Shown here: in pieces, positions 1-12,069 of the stretch
Layout of the letters: each line of letters opens with the position of its first letter
Position numbering within the stretch: position 1 is the stretch's first letter
NCBI RefSeq assembly: GCF_018977255.1
Contig: NW_024704742.1
Span: 26,724,001-26,788,000, forward strand
Source: Callorhinchus milii
Lineage: Eukaryota
Length of the DNA stretch: 64,000 nt
Direction of reading: 5' to 3'
The notes under the pieces: model-generated
Seen by the model: only the letters and a program-made list of their open reading frames with translations
What the model was told of the DNA's origin: nothing
Databases searched by the model: none
Translations under genes and position numbers: made by a program

Positions 1-166
1 CCGCCTCGTGGCTTTGTGTTATGCTAGTGGTTATAGAGATGCAAAGCCTGATCTCTTCACATGAGGAAAATATAAATTAAATTTGTTCCTCTCTGTTTTG
101 TTTCTCGGAAAGACAAATAATAAACCCAGAAAGGCTCTCTTTTTCTCTCTTTCTCTCTTTCTAGAC

Positions 167-344
167 CAGTGGGTGCCAATCTGTGACACTTGCCCCTAAC
201 GCCGAACATTTGCAAGAATCTAGGTAAGTCAAGGATCAGTCAGTAGTGTGTTTCCAGTTATTCCTTGATTTATGCCATAAATCAAGAAATATTCAATCAA
301 TAACGTTTATTTTGTTGGCCGACCATAAAGGTTGGCTACCACCG
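167..344. mobile_element. Short non-autonomous hAT/Charlie-like DNA transposon (MITE)
   Basis: Flanked by 8-bp near-identical direct repeats ttctagac (159-166) and ctctagac (345-352), matching the NTCTAGAN hAT-Charlie target. Imperfect TIRs cagtgggtgccaat / gttggctaccaccg. Confidence 0.5.
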
Positions 345-352
345 CTCTAGAC

Positions 353-946
353 CATGTGTTTTCAAACGGTAGGGCTGCCCTGCTGAAGGGTGGGTGCGAT
401 GAGGATACCGGGAGCGTGGGGACCTGACTGGTTAAGATTTTTTTTTATTTCACGCTTTTCGGCTACCGCTCACCGTGCTGCTTCCTACCTCCCGCTCTGA
501 CCTTCTTCCCGTCGAGGCAGCACAGAGAGTGACAGGAAGAGCGTCGGAGTGGGAGATAAGTATATCTTTATGTAATGCAATGGTAAGTGTATTTTTATTA
601 TATTTTTTATTATTAAATATTAATGCTTTTTATGGTAAATATATGTGTTGTGAAAAATGAAGGCCAAATGCCAGGGAGAGTTATATGAAATGCACTAAGT
701 GCTAAGCCTGGGGTTCACCAACAAGTGTTTATCAAGTGTTCTTTTATTCAGTTGTAGAGTAATGGTGCTGTGCTATTTATGTTGCTTTCTGTCTTAAGCA
801 AATATGTTATATTACCAAGAAAATAAAATCCTCTTTTTCTATGCAAACATACTGTTTCTTAGAAAGAGATTCATGGGATATGATGGGACAAGAATGGGAC
901 ATGAATCTCTGGAGGGGGTGCAGTAAAAACAGTTTGGGAATCTGTG
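353..946. mobile_element. Second degenerate hAT/Charlie-like element abutting the first
   Basis: Flanked by ctctagac (345-352) and ctccagac (947-954). Degenerate TIRs catgtgttttcaaac / gtttgggaatctgtg. Confidence 0.35.
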
Positions 947-1459
947 CTCCAGACCCAAAATTGCCTTTCCTCTCCCTACGCTTATAAAACCTTTATAGGA
1001 GGAAACCTTTTCAGCGTCAGTATCAGTGGGTGACAGATATGTTGTCACTTGTGGTGGTACCAAGTGATCTGGGACACTAGCCTGCATGAGGGGCAAGTTA
1101 TATAAATTTAAATTGTTGTTCTACTTGGACTGCCTTGTCCTCTGCTGTACATTTCATTGCAGAGAGCGAGTAACAATCTATAACCACAGAAACAAATGTG
1201 CAACTATTCAAATGGGTGCTGTCACTTCTTGCAACAGTCTTGCCTGAAGGTGTAAATGAGCTGCATCACGCTATGTTGTCCACTATGGTAAACTTGATGT
1301 GACTTATAGATGTGTGATTTTCAGACTCTTATCTATCACATTTTTTTTCACAGTGGGTCTTAAATAGAAGCTGTTTTTTTTGCAGAGTCCATATATGTGG
1401 TAAGTGGGTTAGGTGAATATAATAATCCTTGCATTTGATATAACGCCTTATCGCATATT

Positions 1460-1851
1460 GTGGAGTCCTGTAGCTCAGTGGTTAGAGCACTCACCCCGCA
1501 AGCGAGCGACCTGGGTTTGATTCCCGGCAGAGTGAAATGTTGGGCAAGTTTCCTTACTCCACACGCCTCTGTTTACGTGTGGAGTAAGGAAACTTGCCCA
1601 GCAGTAAGTAGGAACCCGGTTGTTAGTCGATTGGCGGATCGCTTGTCAGGGGGAATAATTCCTTCAAAAAAAATAATAATTTGGTCATTCAATCCACGAC
1701 TACTTGTGGGATACTGCTGTGCGCAACTGGCTGCCACGTTTTGCGCACAAAATATACAGACAATTCACTTTGCACTATATTCTGTGAAGTGTACTTTGAG
1801 ATGTCTAGAAGATGTGATAAGGCGTTATATCAAGTGCAAGGATTATTATTA
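1460..1851 (+). mobile_element. tRNA-derived SINE, long variant, with an internal inverted duplication
   Basis: Head ggagtcctgtagctcagtggttagagcac (A box) plus B-box-like gggtttgattccc. Body shared with many copies in the window; (att)n tail. Confidence 0.9.
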
Positions 1852-2682
1852 TTTGAAATGTCTCAAAATGCTTCACATAATATATTGTAAAGTGAATTGA
1901 CTATTTATATCTTATGGGTGAAACACAGCAGTTACAGAAGTGGATTGAGTGACCAAATTATTATTATTTAAAAAAAAATTTTAAAGGTATTATTAGTCCC
2001 GGAAAAGTGATCTGGCAATCGACCAACAACTGGGTTCCTACTTACTGCTAGTAAGCAGAGGCGTTAAGAAACTTGCCTAACCTTTTGCCCTGCCCAGGAA
2101 TGGAACTCAAGTCCTCTCGCTTGTAAGGCGAATTCTATAACCAATATGCTACGGGGAATCCACAAAATATGAATTAATTTTGTATAGGAACTGCCAAGCC
2201 AACAGGGGAGAATCATCCAATTAGTCTGGGTTGGATTCAAATTCTGATCTTACAGGGGAAAGGTCTCCAATGTGCCACTCATTCACTAGATGTGGGGCTT
2301 GAACCCATAATCTTCTGCCTTGGAGGTAAGTGTGCTACCAAAATGCCAACTCTTGCATTCGATCACAATCCTCCCAAATACTTCTAAGTATTTTGTTGTT
2401 AAAGACATTTAAATTTGTGCCACAATTCATAAACCAGTTTCTTGGTTTCAGTAATAATCATATCCTTGCACTTAATATAGTGCTACATTGGGTGGACATT
2501 TCAAAACGCTTCATAGTAAAGAATAGTGACTTGCGTATTTTTTAAACAAACGCAGCAGCTAATAATGCACACAGCCATGTCCTAAAACAGCCATCCAGGA
2601 ATGATCAATTTTATCTGGGGGATTATTGGCCTTGACATCAGGAAAAACTCCCTTCTCTTTTTGAATTGTGCGGTGAAATCTT

Positions 2683-2965
2683 TAATAATAATAATAATCC
2701 TTGCATTTGATATAGCGCTTTTCACGTCGAGAGGACGTCCCAAAGCGCTTCACAGAACACACTGTAAAGTGAATTGACTGTATATTTGTGGGCGAACGCG
2801 GCAGCCAATTGCGCACAGCAATGTCCCACAAACAGTCGTAGATTGAAAATGACCAATTTATTATTGTTTTTTGTTTTGGAGGGATTATTATTAGGCTCTG
2901 TGTGGAGTAAGGAAACTTGCCCAAGGTTTCGTCCTGCCTGGAATTGAACTCAGGTCTCTCACTTG
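2683..2965 (-). mobile_element. tRNA-derived SINE, young short variant, 5'-truncated
   Basis: Near-identical to copies at 24567, 44850, 51861 and 59113; (aat)n on + strand is the 3' tail. Confidence 0.9.
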
Positions 2966-3089
2966 TGTGAAGAGGCAGATGGAATCGAATGTAGATAGAA
3001 CCTTGTTTAATATCTAATCCGAAGGACTGCACCTTCAACAATGTAATAGGAGGGTCAGCCTTGGCTATGTGAGTTGAATTCAGAGCAAT

Positions 3090-3300
3090 ATTTTAGGATG
3101 GATCAAGACAACATAGGTTCAGAGTTGCAAAGGGCACTTCATGACAGATACAAGGAAGCTATTGTTTACCTGGAGGGTACAACAGACTGCTGGAACAGAT
3201 TGTCAGGAGCGGAGAATGAAGCCAGGACACTGGACTTGTTTATAAAAAAAACAGTGTGATACTGTGATGTGAGGGCAGTATGGTGGGCATTCTGGAGGGG
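3090..3300 (+). mobile_element. Old CR1 LINE 3' fragment
   Basis: Degenerate match to the CR1 ORF2 C-terminus (WNRLSG..EARTLDLF). Confidence 0.45.
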
Positions 3301-4847
3301 TAAGATAATGTTAACCGCAAGACTTTCTTCATTTCTAACATATCTTGTGAACGTTCTGTGGTGATGCTTGAACTCGTAGACTTCTGACTCAGAGGCAAAC
3401 ATGCTACCAACTGTGCTCGACTACTGTTTGATTCGCAGATCACCGAATGCACGCACATCAGATTCACCAGTTCCTTTGCTGTATGAAGTATACAGAACAA
3501 TGCCATTTCTTATTATTTCTTCTCACAAATTATCTGGTGTTTAGCAGTAAGCACTTAACTATTTTAATACTTACTTTCAGCATGTCTATACATAATTATT
3601 TCTTTCTATATTGCTATTGACCTTCATTTTTGTTTAGTAAACGATTCTGTTCTTTCGTGATCTTAATCCACTTTGTTTTCATTTTACGATCGGTCTCCTG
3701 CAGTCGAATGTATCTTTTTTCTCCATCTAGGATTTCTTTCTTCTTGCTCTGTAACAATTGTGTCTTTGTTGTGTGCCCCCTCAGATTTGATGATTTATGT
3801 TATACCTTGACAGTACTCCGTTATAAACCAATTACAACCCTGTGTGAGTTATCATGTACAAAGAATTGTAATCATTCTTTAAAATTGAGCATTTATTTTA
3901 ACTATCTTGGTACATCCTTGTGGAACTTTTTAAAGTTATTTATATATATTTTTTAATGATCTAACTATACAGTCAATTCTCTTTAGAGTATATTTTGTGA
4001 AGCGCTTTGAGACATCTCAATGACATGTTAAGGCCCTATATCAAATACAAGGATTATTATTTTTATTATTATTAAAATAAATGGAAGTGTAACAAAATGC
4101 TTACTGTTTTGTTTATTCAACGTAAAAAATCTCCTTCTCCAAAAACTTGCGTAAAGAGCATAAAAGGAAACTTATCTATTGGTCACTGCGATTATATCAT
4201 GAAAGACATTACCTGTTCTTCTCAACAGAGGATAAAGTTCAATGTCTCTTGCAAAATCAATGTATTGCTCTTATGAAGGAGACCAAGAGATTAAAAACAT
4301 CAGGGGGACTAAACCAAGGAGTTGCCACTATTTCTGACGGAATCAACTTTTGTTTGGATAAAGATTTTACAGACAGGTTCTGAGGAAAACAAGGGCATTG
4401 CTGGCAATTGAAAACGGGCTTCCAAATGATATATGAGTGTATGGGTCTAATTAAGCAATGCAGCATTGCATATAGAACAAAATTGACTATTTTGTCCAAG
4501 GTTGTACAAATGTTTATTGTGATAAAATATAATGAGATTGTTAATTATACCAAGGATATTAAAATGTAACAATGATCTTCCTTATGGTAAAATTTAACTT
4601 TTTCTAACATTGTTTGAGGTGAATGCTGCAGTTCTATTACATTAATAATTGTCCTGCATGCCTCTTCTTTCTGATAGAAATAGTTCAGTGGTTCTGCTTC
4701 TGTAGCTTAGGGGGAACATGATAAAGGCTGAGGTAGTTCACGCTGATGTAGATCTAGGTATGGTTCAGTGTTTCTGCTTTTGTTTCTGAAAGGAAAGTGC
4801 GGCTGTGTCTATTTATAAATGATCGGGTTATTTATTTTCCTTGACAG

Positions 4848-5186
4848 AGACCACATTTCGGAATAATATCTCTCAGTCGCCTGCAGAAATCGAGGCAGTT
4901 GAGGGTGATTCTGTGACCATGACATGCTCTTATAAGAGAGACCAGAAGTTTGAAAGCATCAGGGTGGAATGGACCAAAGAGTCACAACTAGTCCTGACGG
5001 GAACCAGTTCAAATCTGAGTTTGAAATCCACAGACAGATTCTCTCAAGTTATCCGGGAAACAGAAGCAATACTGACAATTAAAAACATCCATCTGAATGA
5101 TACGGGACTTTATCTGTGTAATGTTATTGTTGAGTTACCAATACTTCTTAAAGTCAATGGAAATGGAACAAAACTGACTGTGCAAG
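4848..5186 (+). CDS. TMIGD2-like: Gene A Ig V-set (germline VJ-type) exon of a CD28H/TMIGD2-/NKp30-like receptor
   Basis: Acceptor ttccttgacag|, donor CAAG|gtaagc, 339 nt, phase 1-1. Canonical V-set residues: VTMTC, W in IRVEWTK, LTIKNI, DTGLYLC, J-like [17 protein letters not shown] and VE(L/I)P resemble recalled TMIGD2 motifs (ERLRVKWTK, VEIP). Family assignment is by eye. Confidence 0.9.
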
Positions 5187-6071
5187 GTAAGCAGCCTCTT
5201 AAATTATAAAAGTGTATAATTTAGTATTTAAGATTACTCTTAATAATTCTTGCATTTGATATAGAGTGCTGTGACTGTTCTTTGTGGGCAAACCAAATTC
5301 AAAAACAGCCATGAAGTGAAAGACTACCTTTCGGCACCAAAGCAATGGACGGTTCATTCCTCACAGTTCCTGAGTTCCTGACTTCACTGTCTGACAGACA
5401 GAGACACTAGAGACCTGAGGGAGCCATGGGAGTTAATTCCAGGGAGAAAGTTCTCTCCACACTGCACCGCTCAGTAACCAGATCAGAATGGTCGTGATAG
5501 AGCCCTGAGAGAAGCACTCTGGTGGATGGCCTGGGAAACTGTAGGTCCCATGGAGGAAATAGTCATTGAATTTTATGCAACAACTTGCATTTATATAGTG
5601 CCCTTCACGAGAATAGCATCTTGGAGTACTTGATATAGATAAAGGGAGAGCCGATAAATAGCAGTTGCCTTTCGTATCCGAAGATGGCCATTCACCCAGT
5701 CTGAATACCGGGGTGTGGAAATTTGTTGATAGTGTAGAAGCTGCTGCCCACACAGCAATCAGACTATATAGCAAGTAGATAGCAAGCAGTGTAACCTGGT
5801 ATCAAGGAATATCCGAGGAAGACTGGACCACTTGTTAACTGCACTGGCAGACATCATTATCCGCGATCCACCAATCGACTGACAACCGGGTTCCTGCTTG
5901 CTGCTAAATAAACAGAGGCATGTGGTTCACTTGGAAGGAAACTTGCCCCACCCAGGAATCAAGCCCAGGTGCTCAAACTAAACTTTACTGCAGTTCACAG
6001 CTTCTATTGTGTATTTCCTGTCTCTGCCCTTTTCGCCTTAATCGGAAATTAATAAAAGGCCTTTCCTACAG

Positions 6072-6262
6072 CCCACAGACAGATTCGATCAAGCTGTGCG
6101 GAAAACAGAAGCAATACTGACGATTAAAAACATCCATCTCAATCATAAGGGAGTTTATCTGTGTAATGTTAATGTTGAGTTACCAATACTTTTTAAGAGC
6201 AATGGAAATTGAACAAAAACTGACTGTGCAACAAGTTAAACAGCCTTTCAAATTATAAAAGT
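6072..6262 (+). pseudogene. Degenerate copy of the 3' half of the V exon
   Basis: Translates [46 protein letters not shown] (TGA 6210-6212 replaces GGA). The donor GT is lost, and the downstream intron sequence aaattataaaagt is also copied. Confidence 0.9.
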
Positions 6263-6559
6263 TTTAAGATTAGAAAATATGAACTATGTTCAGAACAAGT
6301 TACAATTAGTGTTTGAATCACAACCTGGTGGAAAAATGGCAATTTTTCAGCAATTGTGGATCATCGTAATTCTTAGAAAATATTTAGTTGTGGCACAGTC
6401 GACAAAATCGGTACCATATTTATGAAAATAATCACGTTTTACATAATTAGAAGAGGAATGTGAAACATTTCTTATTCAATTGCAAATGAAGCAAACTTTG
6501 TAAGACAATTGTTGAACTCCCTGAGGTAAATAGATCTCTGAAGCAGGAACTAGTCATCG

Positions 6560-6810
6560 TTGGGCAAGTTTCCTTACTCTACACGCCGGATAATAATCCC
6601 TCAAGAAAAAAAACAAAAATGAATTGGTCACTTCAATCCACGACTGTTTGTGGGACACTGCTGTGCGCAATTGGCTGCCGCGTTTCATCCACAAATATAC
6701 AGTCAATTCACTTTACAGTATATTCTGTGAAGCGCTTTGAGACGTCTAGAAGATGTAGAAAGCGCTACATCAAATGGAAAGATTATTATTCTTTATTATT
6801 ATTATTATTA
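6560..6810 (+). mobile_element. tRNA-SINE 3' part whose (att)n tail ends about 12 nt before the gene A TM acceptor
   Basis: SINE body from ttgggcaagtttcc to gattattatt...attatta. Confidence 0.85.
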
Positions 6811-6822
6811 ACCCTCTGCTAG

Positions 6823-6954
6823 ATTCTTCTAATTATGGAGTAGCCAGGTGGAGAACATTGAATTTGGGATTCATTTTGAGGATGCTTCTGTTTGTGATAT
6901 TCATCATTGCAAATTTCACTTGTTTCTTCCGATTCCGGAATCGATTTAGAAAAG
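6823..6954 (+). CDS. TMIGD2-like: Gene A stalk/transmembrane exon with intramembrane Arg (activating-type)
   Basis: Acceptor ctctgctag|, donor AAAG|gtaaat, 132 nt, phase 1-1, in frame with the V exon: DSSNYGVARWRTLNLGFILRMLLFVIFIIANFTCFF followed by basic stop-transfer RFRNRFRK. Confidence 0.8.
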
Positions 6955-7239
6955 GTAAATGGTTAATTAATTTTGATACATTATTCATATTTAAAATTAT
7001 TTTCAAATTGCTTTTGAGTGTCTCACTCATGACATTTGCATTTCTTTAAAACTATTTTGTAGTCTTTAATGTACATATCTCTACGTAAACCCACTGAGTT
7101 GTGACATTAAATGCCAACTTTAAGTGATCAATAGACTGAGTACGTTCTGACTGTAATGTTCTGCTATAAGCGTAGAGTTTAAAGCAATGTTAATATAGAA
7201 TTAGTTTAACCACAATTACAAAGGAAGAAGCAGGGCAGT

Positions 7240-10200
7240 CTGACCCCGGGCGACCACATCTGCAGAAGATGTCTGCAACTGAGGCAGCTCCAGCTCAGAG
7301 TGGCCAGAGTGGCCGAGCTGGAATTCGTGATACAGACTCTACAGAGTATCAGAGACAGTGAGTGCTTTCTGGATAGCTACATCCTGGAGCCAGTCATTCC
7401 CCTGAGGGAATATACGGTCAACATCATTGGTTATGATCAGGATAAGTCAATGGACAGTCAGGAGGTCAGGGGGACAATGGAAAGAGTGGTAGTAAATCCG
7501 GCATTAACTTTGAGCAATAGATATGAGATCCTTGGAACTTGTATCGACAAGGAAGCCGGTAAGGTGGAAGGAAAAACTACCTCTAATACTGGGGCAAATG
7601 AGAGGATGGTTGTTGTCATTGGGGATGAGACTATTAGGCAGACAGACACAATCATCTGCAACCCCAACCAGAAGACCCGAAGGCTTTGTTGCCTCCCTGG
7701 GGCTGGGGTGAAGGATGTCTCGGCAGGGCTAGAGGATAATTTAAAATACGAAGGCAAGGATCCGTTGGTGGTACTTCACATAGGTACCAATGACATCGGT
7801 AGAGTTGGCCAAGATGACTTGAGAAGGGAATTCAAAGAGCTGGGTTCCAAATTGAAGTCAAGATCATCGAAGGTGGTGATATCAGGACTACTGCCTGTAC
7901 CATATGACAATTGGTACAGGAACAAACGAATTAAGGACTTGAACGCGTAGCTAAAGAGAGGTGCGGAACTCAGGAGTTTCTTTTTATGGGCCATTGGCAC
8001 GAGTATTGGGGGAAAAGAAAGCTCTTTTAGAGAAATGGGCTGCATTTAAATCGGGCTGGGACAAATGTCCCAGTTAAACGAATTAACAGAGCGGTAACTA
8101 GGAATTTAAACTAGTAAAGGGGGGGGAATATATAAGTAATAGAAACCATAAGTTAGCATTGGAAAAAGTAAAGATGTCAGTGCAGAATAGCCTGCCAGAT
8201 AATAGGAATAGGTTAACTAGGGGTAAGAAGCTTGGCAACACAGATAAGGAATCAGAGACTAGAGGAAATGGTAGGAAATTAAAAATGTTATATCTGAATG
8301 CGCGAAGCATTCGGAATAAAACTGATGAATTAAAAGCGCAGATAGACACATGTGGGTACGATCTAGTAGCCATCACTGAAACATGGTTACAAGGAGATCT
8401 AGGGTGGGAGTTAAATATTCCAGGGTTCTCAGTTTACAGGAAAAATAGGCACTGTGGGAAACGAGGTGGGGGGTTGTCCTGTTAATTAGGGATGAAATAA
8501 AAGCAGTGGAGAGGAAGGATCTGAAATCCGATAACCAGGAGGTAGACAATATGGGTTGAAATAAAAAATAAGGGACAGAAAATATTAATGGGGGTGGTTT
8601 ATAGACCCCCATCAGTGATTACAATATAGCACAAGGTATTAATCAAGAAATCAGTGGAGCATGTAGGAAAGGTAAAGCGATAATAGTGGGTGATTTCAAT
8701 CTCCACATAGATTGGGAAAACCAAATCGGCAAAAGTAGATTAGAAGAAGAGTTCATTGAGTGTATGAGAGATAACTTTCTAGAGCAGCATGCCAAGGAAC
8801 CAACTAGGGGACAGGCCATCCTAGACCTTGTTTTGTGCAGTGTAGGTATTAAGACTCTTCAAGGCAGAGTGATCACAATCTGATTGAATTCTGCATTAAG
8901 TTAGAGAGGGATGTAGTTAAATCCGAGGCACGTATTCTGAATTTAAATTAGGCTAATTTTGTAGGTATGAGTAAAGATTTAGGTAAAATAGACTGGAGAA
9001 TCAGATTAAGAGGTAAAAATGTAGACCAACAGTGGCAAATATTTAAGGATGTAGTGCAAAATTCTCAGCGGTCGCATATTCCCTTGCGGAATAAGAGTAC
9101 CACAGGGAAAGCAATTCATCCGTGGCTAACTAGAGCAGTTAGGGAAAGCATCAAATTAAAAGAAAAAGCTTATAAAACTGCCAAGAAAAGCAGCAAATCT
9201 GAAGATTGGGAGAGTTTTAGAAACCAGCAAAAAAAACTAAAAAACTCATTAAGAGCGAGAAAAAGGAGTATGAGGGTAAGCTAGCTAGGAACATTAAGTC
9301 AGATTGTAAAAGTTTTTACAAATACATTAAGAGGAATAGGCTAGTGAGGGTAAATGTAGGTCCACTTCAGTCAGAGACGGGAGAAGTTGTAATGGGGGAT
9401 AAGGACATGGCAGAGTCCCTAAATGGGTACTTTGCATCTGTCTTCACCCTAGAAGACACAACAAGTCTGCCAACAATAGAGATGCACCAAGGGGATAAGG
9501 ACAGGGAGCAACTTAGGGAAATTTTCATTAGTAGAGAATTGGTGCTAGGGAAACTGTTAGCACTAAAAAGTGACAAATCCCCTGGTCCGGATGGCTTGCA
9601 TCCCAGGGTTTTAAAAGAGGTAGCTTATGAGATAGTGGAGGCCTTATGTCTGATCTTCCAAAATTCCTTGGATTCTGGAACAGTCTCCATGGATTGGAAG
9701 ATCGCAAATATCACACCACTATTTTAAAAAGGTGGAAAGGAAAAGATGGGGAACTATAGGCCATTTAGTCTCACATCAGTGACAGGAAAAATTTTAGAAT
9801 CGTTGATTAAGGATGTGGTAGTGCGGTAGTTAGGGGAACACAATATAATTAGGCCAAGTCAACATGGCTTTACAAAAGGGAAGTCATGTTTGACAAATCT
9901 CATAGAATTTTTTGAGGATATTTCGAGTAAACTAGATAAGGGTGAATCAGCGGATGTGGTCTATTTGGACTTCCAGAAGGCATTCGATAAGGTGCCACAT
10001 GAAAGGTTAGTCCAAAAGATAGGGGCCCACGGAATTAGGGGAATATATTAACGTGGATCGGGGAATGGTTAATGGGTAGGAAACAAAGAGTAGGGATAAA
10101 CAGGTCCTTTTCAGATCGGCGGGATGTGACCAGTGGAGTGCCACAAGGATCAGTCCTTGGGCCTCAGCTATTTACCATCTACATCAACGATCTAGATGAG

Positions 10201-11166
10201 GACATCGAAGTTAATATATCTAAATTCGCGGATGACACAAAACTAGGAGGAAGTGTCAACCCAGAGGACGACATTAAAAAAATGCAGCGCAACATAGATA
10301 GGTTAGGTGATTGGGCAGGTAGGTGGCAGATGAAGTATAATGTAGGGAAGTGCAAAGTCATCCACCTAGGTAGCAAAAACAGTAGAGTGGGTTATTTTTT
10401 AGAAGGGGAGAGATTGGAATGTGTTAGTGTCCAGAGGGACTTGGGTGTCCTTGTACACCAATCACAGAAAGTTAGTCTGCAGGTGCAGCAGCAATTAGGA
10501 AGGCTAATGGGATGTTAGCATTCATTATGAAAGGATTAGAGTATAAGAGTAGGGAAGTCTTGCTGCAACTGTATAGGGCCCTGGTGAGACCACACCTGGA
10601 ATACTGTGTGCAGTTTTGGTCTCCTTATTTAAGGAAGGATGTACTTGCCTTGGAGGGGTGCAGCGTAGATTTACTAGGTTAGTACCAGGGATGAAGGGGA
10701 TGAGTTACGAGGATAGGCTGACCAATTTGGGCCTATATTCTCTAGAATATAGAAGAATTAGAGGGGATCTTATAGAAACCTATAAGATCATCAAAGGGCA
10801 TGATAGAGTAGATAGTGGGAGATTGTTTCCCCTGGTTGGAGAAACTAAAACCAGGGGTCACAACCTTAAAATCAGAGGCAGCCCTTTCACACTGAGTTGA
10901 GGAAGAACTTCTTCACTCAAGGGGTGGTAAATGTATGGAACTCACTACCCCAAAGGGCTGTTGACGCTCAGTCCTTGAACATATTCAAGACTGAGATAAA
11001 TTTATTTCTTATTGCAAAAGGGATTAAGGGATATGGGGATAAGGCAGAGTTAGGTTATTAGCTGGAGTTAGATTAGAAGATCAGCCATGATTGAATGGGG
11101 GGCAGGCTCGAAGGGCCGAATGGCCTACTCCTGCTCCTACATGTTATGTTATGTTATGTTATGTTA
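7240..11166 (+). mobile_element. Near-full-length CR1 LINE (ORF1 SGNH-esterase-like; ORF2 APE endonuclease + RT), frameshifted
   Basis: ORF1 VVIGDETIR/CLPGA/LHIGTND. ORF2 [49 protein letters not shown]. 3' tail (atgtt)n at about 11140-11166. Confidence 0.95.
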
Positions 11167-11870
11167 AAGGCTGTAACGTCTGTGTGCTGCTCTACTATTT
11201 TGCTATAAGGATAAGCTTGCACAATGGAATTCAATATGTGTTCCTCCCATCCATATCCAACAGTGCTGAAACAGACAAGGAAACATATTTACAAATTCAG
11301 TGCATCATCAAACATAAGAAGCAATAACTCAATGCAAGAAACTGTGAAGAACAGTAAATTTGTGTTTTATTTGTATAAAATTATAATCTTATAATGCCCT
11401 GGTCAACTGTCCATTGCACTCACCAACAACTGAGATCAAAATATAATTGCAACAGGAAAATGTACAGAATCAGGAGAAAGGTCTAAAAAAAAATCTCACA
11501 ATATTTTGTTTCAGTTTTTCGTTTTTTTTGCCTTGTTTGTTTGAAATTCCTGGATAATGAGGTTGCTTCAGGTGCTTCTACATTTTCACCATCACGGGTG
11601 TTTCACTGAATTTACATGACTATTTCCACTGACGGCAGTGTTAACCAGGTCTTAAAATTAAATTAAAACTTCAATTCAGAGATAGATCATTGCCTGTGAG
11701 CCCTGTAATAGACAAATAACACAAGCAGACCCCAACACACATTCATTGTATTGTACTTGTATATACAGAAAACTTCTGTTGTAGGCATCTTGTGAACAGT
11801 CTCTGACAGACTGGTTAGCCTTAACCATAGGAGCTGGATGTGGTTCCTAAAATGTGTGGTATTTCTGCAG

Positions 11871-11911
11871 GTCAACGATCTTCTTCAGCTGCTGGTCCTA
11901 CATTTTTTTAA
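11871..11911 (+). CDS. Candidate short terminal cytoplasmic exon of gene A (GQRSSSAAGPTFF*)
   Basis: Acceptor atttctgcag|, phase-1 compatible with the TM exon donor at 6954. An alternative acceptor exists at 11263/11264. No homology support. Confidence 0.25.
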
Positions 11912-12069
11912 TATGAAAATGAAGATACAATCTAGTGGTTGACCAATCAGATTTTGTAATTTAGCTTTTTCAATTAAAGAAGGAGCAGACTTGTGCTCTT
12001 AGTCTCATATAAGTTACAGCGTTTTGACATGTGAGGAAATCGCACATGATGCTAAGTATATTCCAAATC

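Noticed and set aside
1..124. Possible 3' end of an upstream gene (RLVALCYASGYRDAKPDLFT*, AATAAA at 119-124)
   Set aside because: Too short and truncated by the window edge to support.
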